Assembly (NCBI GenBank): GCA_951406725.2 | Contig: OX597821.1 | Coordinates: forward strand, 11,904,001-11,968,000 | DNA from: Octopus vulgaris | Lineage: Eukaryota | DNA: 64,000 bases | Direction: 5' to 3' | Part shown: one piece after another, positions 56,070-64,000 of the stretch | Position numbering within the stretch: the stretch's first letter is position 1 | Layout of the letters: the number at the start of each line of letters is the position of its first letter | Notes under the pieces: model-generated | Database searches by the model: none | Told to the model about the DNA's origin: nothing | What the model saw: the letters and a program-made list of their open reading frames with translations, nothing else | Made by a program: the position numbers and the translations under genes

Positions 56070-56744
56070 TTCAGCAAAAATTTAGATTCAAATGAATATG
56101 GTACTTAATTTAGATGCACAAGAATTCTGTATGGTGTTATCCATATAAATCCGTGGGGTGATTATAATCAAAATAAGCGACAAGAATGACTCCGGTAATT
56201 TGGTACGACCGTTTCGTACTACATCATTTTATTAAATGTTATAAGTATTACAACAGTTTTAAAATGCTGAGCACTCAGCAGCCGATTTTAGTGGTTTCCC
56301 ATTGATACAAAAATTTTCATATCAAGTGGCAACATTATAGAGAAGGTAGATATAGAGACAAAGATGTGGATTTAAATTTTAAGAACATTTGAGGTAGTGG
56401 AGCACATCAACTGACTGACTAAGATTCTGTTGTTCCAGAATACTTTAAGGTTCTGAGAGAATCTTATAGTAGTCTGGATCAACTGAGTCTTAGTCAGTCA
56501 GCTGATGGGCTCCACTACCCCAAACGTTCTTAAAATTTAAATCCACATCTTTCTCTATATATCTACCTTCTCTATAATGTTGCCACTTGATATGAAAATT
56601 TTTGTATTAAGGGAAAACCTCTATAATCGGCTGCTGAGTGCTCAGCATTTTAAAACTGTAGTAATACTTATAACATTTAATAAAATGATGTAGTACGAAA
56701 CGATCGTACCAAATTACCGGAGTCATTCTTGTTGCTCATTTTGA
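56068..56744. mobile_element. Hairpin insertion with 287-bp arms and HHR-like motifs, in (TA)n
   Basis: Arms 56168-56454 and 56458-56744, 3-nt loop, scattered mismatches; left arm extends to (TA)n near 56068. Confidence 0.9.
56625..56715 (+). ncRNA. Variant hammerhead motif (mirror copy at 56197-56287, minus)
   Basis: GG-CTGCTGA-GTGCT...AGTAC-GAAA-CGATCG-TA-CC; long stem II; A6C in both arms; weak stem I. Confidence 0.62.
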
Positions 56745-56849
56745 ATATATATATATATATATCCGAAGACTAAAAGTTTATTTTTTTATATATGCTAAGC
56801 CACTTGTTTTAATTTATTAATATCGATATCTACCTTCATTATTTAATTT

Positions 56850-56916
<67 letters not shown>

Positions 56917-56919
<3 letters not shown>

Positions 56920-58150
56920 GGAAAAGAAAACGGGAATGTAAGAAAGCCTCTGATAAATCAAAAAGTCTTACATAAACGTTCATATAACAGGTGCAAAGTC
57001 TAATCTTAAGAAGGAAACGGTTACGGAAATGTCCAGGTCCACAGATTTTTTTACTTTACTCAAACTCCTCAACGTTATGTTAGGAGCAGTATTAATCACT
57101 CTCCAACTTTTGTTTTAACCAACTCTCCAAACGTTGATGTAAGCAAACCTCTAGCTGCTGGTAGGCAACTCTTGGTTGTTGCTACATACAGACATATTGC
57201 AGTAGCAGTGGTGATGGCCTTTATCATTTTAATGATCGTAATTGCCGTGTTGTGCTCATAGGAGCCACCGGTTCAACTCCGATCAACTGTTAGTCACCGG
57301 GATGAAGTGGTGTTTCTATACTGTTCCTTTTATATGTAGATTTCCCGCATTTCTCTCCCAGGCCTGTATGGAGCTGTCTGTCTCTTTGGTTGTGAAAACC
57401 TCCTTTAATTCGGTCGTGGGGTGTTCGTAGTGTATTACCGATGAAGGTGTTGTTGCAACTGGAGTGTCATATCTCATATATTACGCATGTGGGCACATAT
57501 TAGTTTTGCGAATAGGGCAGTCCGCCAGTATGCAGGCCACCTCGTTGATAATGTGTTTACGTACGTTTAGCCATGAATGGGCCAGTAGAATGTCAAATCC
57601 TTCTCTTAAGATATCCTTGTAAATGGCGGATGTTATATTCTCATTGAAGTGCGGAATCTTCAAGTAGCAGGTTTGAGATCGATCCCTGATCAACATTTAA
57701 GTGGCCTGCGTTAGAGTATGGATTCTTTAACAGACGGTGAATGTCCGTTGTCCTCCAAAAATTTTTGGAACTGATTATCATGTGCACCCCGGCTGGTATT
57801 GTCAAAGCATCTTTTGGGTATCGGGCGATCGTGTTACGTACGTAGCTCATCATAACCTTCATTAGAAGAGCCGACTTGTAGTGGAAGAAAAGTTCCCGGC
57901 AAGCAGAATTTGGGTAGAGCACCGTCTCAATCTCCCCCTCGTCCGTGTTTTTTAGTCGAAAGTCAATCAAGGGTAAGGAAACATCTATGAACAATGTTTA
58001 TTCGTGTTGCCAAAACAGTCGAAGAGAGTGTTGGTGACTAGAACTGATAGTATCAGGTGGATGTTGGACTAAACGGTGTAAGTCCAACGGGTCAACATAT
58101 CCCGTGATTAGGTCGATCGCGGGATCATCATAAGCTTCCCAATAGACATG
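56917..58150 (-). pseudogene. Penelope-like RT-thumb plus GIY-YIG relic ending at (TA)n
   Basis: LPLIDFRL..IETVLY..FFHYKSA..YVRNTIAR; CYLKIPHFNENIT; CILADCPIRKTNMC; 57484-57401 VIYEI*HSSCNNTFIGNTLRTPHDRIKG. Confidence 0.85.
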
Positions 58151-58519
58151 TTTTATCTAGCTTTCTTGGTCTTGGGTTACTAGTGGTCATTGTTCCTTTT
58201 GGCCCATGGATCATGTCAATAGATACAGCTACCGTCACAGGTTACCAAATATCTGTAGTACTTTTGGATTATCGGTAATAAACAACGCGTCTTTTCTTCT
58301 GTTCACCTGTGGACAAACTTTGCATTAATGTTTCCCTTCATCAGATTTTCATAAATCATCCTGTGTGAATTTTCCCTGGGCATCTCCAAACCGTGTTCTC
58401 CTTGTCTTTATGGAAACCCGACTGTCATTATCTAGAAAGTTGCAAATTTTGTCAGCCAGCTTTGAAGTTCTGACGTCCCATCATCTCTTACTTACTCTCT
58501 ACCGTTCTTGAACTTCTTG

Positions 58520-58643
58520 TGCCCGGGTTCTGTCCCACTGCGTGGTACATTGGACAAGTGTCCTCTACCATAGCTTCGGGCCGACCAAAGCCTTGTTAAT
58601 GGATTTGGTAGACGGAAACTGAAAGAAGCCCGTCGTATATATG

Positions 58644-58711
<68 letters not shown>

Positions 58712-58902
58712 TGTGTGTGTTTGGCCCAACATGACAACCGATGCTGGTGTTTTTACGTCCCCGTAACTTAGCGGTTCGGCAAAATGAGGCCGACAGAATA
58801 AGTACCAGGCTTACAAAGAATAAGTTCTAGGGTCAATTTGCTTGACTAAAGGCAGTGCTCCAGCATGACCGCTGTCAAATGACTGAAACAAGTAAAAGAG
58901 TA
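58520..58902 (+). mobile_element. SINE family A, 5'-truncated
   Basis: Homology to 3051-3482. Confidence 0.9.
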
Positions 58903-59819
58903 AGTTATTTGGGTTAATACCTAAGTTTCTGTAGCGATTATGTCCACTTTAACACAAAACTTTATTTTATAGGAAGTTTCCAAATCGTCTTCAGGTCTCT
59001 CCTGAATTCTGCAAACTAGTCAGCTGTCACAAGGAGTGATACTAGAATGTGGTGAAATCGTTGTTACTGTCGGGTTCCTTTGAATTTGCAGTAAAAATGT
59101 TAGCAGGCTAGCTTCTTAGATGTATATTATTTACTAAAATTACAATAATCTGGTTATAACTACCTCTCCTAATAATGTGTCAACCTTCTGAAATCCATTT
59201 CGCGTATATGTTTGTGTACATATGTGTTTTGTAGGTAATATGGTCATTGCAAACAAGGATTTACAAGGTGTTTTGACCATGATTCAGTCATGTAATACAG
59301 CTGCAATGTAAGCAAATACGCATTGCATGGTAAGTGATATAAAAGAAAGAAATAGAGCAAAATGTGATGTAAGGAAAACACGAAACAAATGCTACAGAAG
59401 AACTAGAATAGAGAAAATGAAAACCGAAAAGATATTAGACATTGTTATCTCTTCGTTTTGTATCGTTATTTTCTGAACACAATAGTGAATAAAAAAAAAT
59501 CAATGAATATATAATTACAACTGTAAACAATTGTACAAATAGCAATGGTGAAAGATATCAAGTTATCTATGAATAATGGTTAAATATTCATACATCAGGG
59601 TCACACGTAAGTAATATAATGAATTGAAGAAAATTAGTTCATTGCGATAGTGGGTGCATTAAGTAGGCAAATTGCGCTAGTAATGCTTAAAACATGAAAA
59701 TACCAACCAAGTTGAATAAATCAATTTCGATAAGTTAACCAACTAAAAGGAAAAAAGAAAAATGGTTAGCCTCGGTAGATGATTGGAAATTGTTGTCGTT
59801 AATTTCAACTAGCCTCAAC

Positions 59820-60290
59820 CATGGCTGTTTTGTTAAGAAGTTCGCTTTCCGGACTGAGTCCCAGTACTTGCGATCTAGGGCAAGAGACCTGTACCAATGA
59901 CATCCACGCGGAAGCCCGTCCTCTACACACACACACACACACACACATGTATATATTTAGGCGTATGTGAGCGCGCATTTGTGTATGTGTGCGGTGTGGG
60001 AATGTGAAAGAGAGAAAGACAGCGAGAGAGCGAGAGCGAGAGAGAGACAGAGAGAGAGAGTGTGTGTGTGTGTATTTCTGCGCGTCTCACAGTTGGTACT
60101 CCTTACCGTTTGACAGTCCTTCTAGGTTTGATTACATTCGCATGCTCTAATGGTTTGGCAAAGGTGACCGTTAAAATATGTACCAGATTTTACAAACTTA
60201 TATGTATAGAGCCGTATATATGTACGACGAAACCATTCCTGGTGATGCACCGGCATAGTCGTAGTGCAATCAGTGAAAATAGAAATACAA
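59820..60290 (+). mobile_element. Highly diverged SINE family A copy
   Basis: catggctgt..ttaagaagttcgctt, gaagcccgtc, accgtttgaca, ggtttggcaaa and gcatagtcgtag remnants in the expected order. Confidence 0.6.
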
Positions 60291-62577
60291 AGCAAATGAA
60301 TAATGAAATAAGTAATACAAAAGAAAATGAATAATAAAAAAGAACAAGAATATAGTAAAAGAATAAAGAAAACAACAGTTATGTTTCGGTCCTATTAGTC
60401 CTCATCGGTGGAGATTATTGGATTCTTGTATTTTTCACATGGGCTGGGCTATGCTTATTACTGTTGATCTTATTCACTCGTTCTCTAGCAAACATTGGTG
60501 TGTTGTTACTGTTTCAATTCAGGAAACCCTAAAAATTTTGCCAGTTTCTAGCGTGATGATAAAGTATTTAAATCGAAAATTGGTGACTCTAAAATTTCTG
60601 TGATCCATTGAGTTAAGAGTAGTTGATAGCAAAATATATTCTTGGCTACCCAGTCACTTATATTCTGTCGGTGTGTTTTACTTTAGGTACGTTTTGATAA
60701 TTTTTTTCACTTGCCTACTTATATAATCACACCTGTTCTAGACTAGCGGTGGTCACCCATGGACATGTCCTATGTATGTGAACGTTCTCCTGCTCTCTCT
60801 ATATGACATTGTGCGGGTGTTATGACTCCCCTGTCGCCATTAAATAGATTACTGGATCTTCAGCTACGATTACTATATTCGGGATAAATGCCGGACTCAT
60901 TTCCTGTTGTCTTCTCCAGACACAAATGCACGCAATGATAAATACGCACGCTCAATGCAACATTCACTTCCATAAACTTCCATAATAACACTAATCACAA
61001 TACATTCACTCATAAGTCTCAACATCGACAATCATATGCAACAAATATATTCAAACACTTAACGACAACAATGTATGGAGTTACTTGATGCTATACAATA
61101 AATACATGCACACACATATGAACAATTTGTCTTAACACAACCGATCCGCCACGAAACGAGCACAGCTTGCATGAGCGGGAACTCTCACATATCGACACTT
61201 GAAAGGAATACTTTCATTCGCATTAACACACGGGTATAATTCAGAGTTTTTTTCCAATATATAGTAGTCTATACAGACTATACCTTCAATGTCAATTCAG
61301 AAGGAAGCATATACTCACAGAACGAAGCATATCAACACGAACTATAGAAATCGAAGCATATTAAACACAGAAAGAAGCACATACTCACACGCATACATAC
61401 TGCACGTTTACATAGACACTTACATATCGTACTTTTCAGTTCATATATAACCTAGTCAATAAATATTTGAATCACAATACTCAGACGTGCTGAAACAGAC
61501 ATATACATTCATACACATTAATATGAAACTTATACACGTACTCCATATTAAGTCTACGCATAATTTGCACACATGACTCATGCCAATTTGCATACTAAAT
61601 TTGCACAATCGCTCCAATAACCTCACCAGAGCACACATACATAAGCCTTAAAACAGCACACGCATTAATTAAAAGACCGGGAATATGCAGCCCTGTTGCT
61701 TTTGTATGTTTCATTTGGTTTCCTATTCATTAGGCTGCTGTTCTTACGCCTGTATGCTGTTGTGCGTGTATACATATAACGTAATAACAAATGCATAAGA
61801 TGCTTGCACAAAGCATGAATTCATAGAACAAATATATATTTATATACATTTGGATACTTGATACAAAACAACGATATATAGATTTGGACAATACAAATTT
61901 TTATATAGAAGCTTTATACACAACCACAGACAAAGAAAACTTTCAAAAATGGTCTCAAAATTACAGCAAACATACTTTTAATCTCCCCAATAAATGCCTT
62001 TCCTACATAAATCCCAAATTTCCGCAATCTAATGATATTTCATCCCTTAATATCGAAATTAAAAAATATATATAAAAACACGAAGATATTTTCCCCTACA
62101 TTTATGACATTCGCTGAACTAAATATCTAAAAAGACACTTTAGAGAATTGAAGTTGTCACATAAGAAGATAAAATATTTAGAAAACATATTTATCAAAAT
62201 ATTGAAGAATAAGCTACAAGACATAAATTTTTCATTATATTGATTGCCTGTCTGTTAATTTTCTTATCAGTATCCGGAGAAAGATTGCACCGGTTTTCCC
62301 CATGTGTAATATGTACATTACATTACATTAGTATTCATTGATGTTTGAAAAACAGATATTTTTATTTAACATCTTTTACTCGAGAGAATAGATTTCTTAA
62401 ATTCTATATCTTTTAGAGTTTTTGCTAATGGTTTTCGGGGAAAATTATAAAAATGAAATGTATGTTCCTACGTATTTGTATGCATATATACCACACTAAT
62501 GTAGATATGTGTATATAAAGCGCACGCAAAAAGACACATGGACATACACACACATGTATATACGTATATGTATATTT

Positions 62578-62633
<56 letters not shown>

Positions 62634-63789
62634 ATAAATGTAGATATGTATATATATTATATTATATATATATATATTTATATATATATGTGTATGTGTG
62701 TATGTAAATGTGTGTGTTAGTATGTATATTAAAAACAATATATTTTGCATGAGAACGTATATGGTTGTTAATGTCTTTCTCTATGTATGTGTAGATGAGT
62801 GTTTCTGTGTCTGTGTCTGTGCATGAGTTTATGTGTGTGTGTGTGTGTGTTTATGCATGTGTGTGCTTGCAGTTGTGCATGTGCATATGCGTTTCCATTT
62901 GTATATTTTATTTGTATTTTTTACAGAAACTGCACATCGAGTTCAGAGTTATACTGATATCAGGCGTTTGTATTTATTAGCATAACTGAATCTGTACGCA
63001 GTTCTGTATGCATACAAATATGTCGCATTGGCATCTGAATAAAGACAATCATATATATACATATATATATATATATAAATATATAAATAATATGTACACC
63101 TGCGTTTATACATATTTATTTCAGTGTTTAATATTTCTTTTTATAAAGCTGAATAATTTCTTGTTAGATGTTCTCTCTTTTGAATGAAATTTGTAGAAAT
63201 CTCATCGATGTTTCATATTATCCTTTTTAACATAAAATTTAATACTGCCACATCGACGTGGCTTTTGTAAAGTAAATTTTAAGAGCAGTATTCTCTGCAT
63301 GCACAAGTATTGATATATATAATTGGAAGGGTATATGTATATATATATATATATACACATATATTTGAAAGAAGGTTTGAAAATGCAATTTTATAATATG
63401 TGTATTCACTTGACCGGTTTCACTGTTTTAAAAAATGATTGTCATTTGTAACATGTAAAAGCTTTGTTGTGTTAGGTACTGGTTGTCACAAAATATTACA
63501 CTACATATATACATTCTTTGATAATAATAAGAACATGTTAAAAACAGTTCACAAGGAAAAATCTTGAGAAAATATTAAAAAGTTCATTAATATTTTGGGT
63601 ACAAAAAATTACAATACATATTTAGTTTCTTTGATAATAATCACAAAATGTTAAAAACAGCTTACATAAAAATTTTTATTGAGAAATTATTAAGAAATTC
63701 ACAAAACCTATTAGGATTTCAATAGAAATCATGTTTGTTTGGAAGTATCTATATATATACACAGAAAATTATAAGTTCAAAAAGGTCTT

Positions 63790-63870
63790 TATACTGTGAA
63801 ATTCAATTTAATACTAAATTGAACTTTCCCCTGTAAGTTTGGAGTTTTACTCCCAAATATTTTATTATAT
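63790..63870 (+). mobile_element. 3' terminus of the family at 43587-45355
   Basis: tatactgtgaaattcaatttaatactaaattgaactttcccctgtaagtttgga resembles 45277-45350; runs into (TA)n. Confidence 0.7.
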
Positions 63871-64000
63871 TATATATATATATATATATTTTATATATAT
63901 TCATATATATATATATATTTACTTAATGCATGTAGGAATGTATGTATGTATGCACATATGTATATGTATATATATATATATACATATACATATGTACATA

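Noticed and set aside
61295-61390. CRISPR-like repeat-spacer pattern
   Set aside because: Repeats too short and degenerate, spacers similar to each other, eukaryotic context with no cas genes
61884-62260. Possible PLE N-terminal relic (NYSKHTFNL...NPKF)
   Set aside because: Similarity too weak without a profile search

Overview
AT-rich, microsatellite-saturated, non-coding eukaryotic DNA. The SINE families resemble those I recall from octopod genomes, so an Octopus intron or intergenic region is inferred. I find no intact host gene; most ORF-track entries are simple-repeat artefacts. The window holds three tRNA-derived SINE families, a Helitron, mariner, Tc1 and pogo remnants, an internally inverted R4/Dong-like LINE and three Penelope-like element (PLE) coding relics (GIY-YIG, one with RT thumb). 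The main signal is at least seven long inverted-repeat (hairpin) insertions, mostly inside (TA)n tracts. Most carry type I hammerhead ribozyme (HHR) motifs with loopless palindromic stem III, often with a greatly enlarged stem II. One is a circularly permuted unit of about 476 bp with one HHR, which suggests a PLE-mobilised, retrozyme-like RNA. All alignments were done by eye and edges are approximate.
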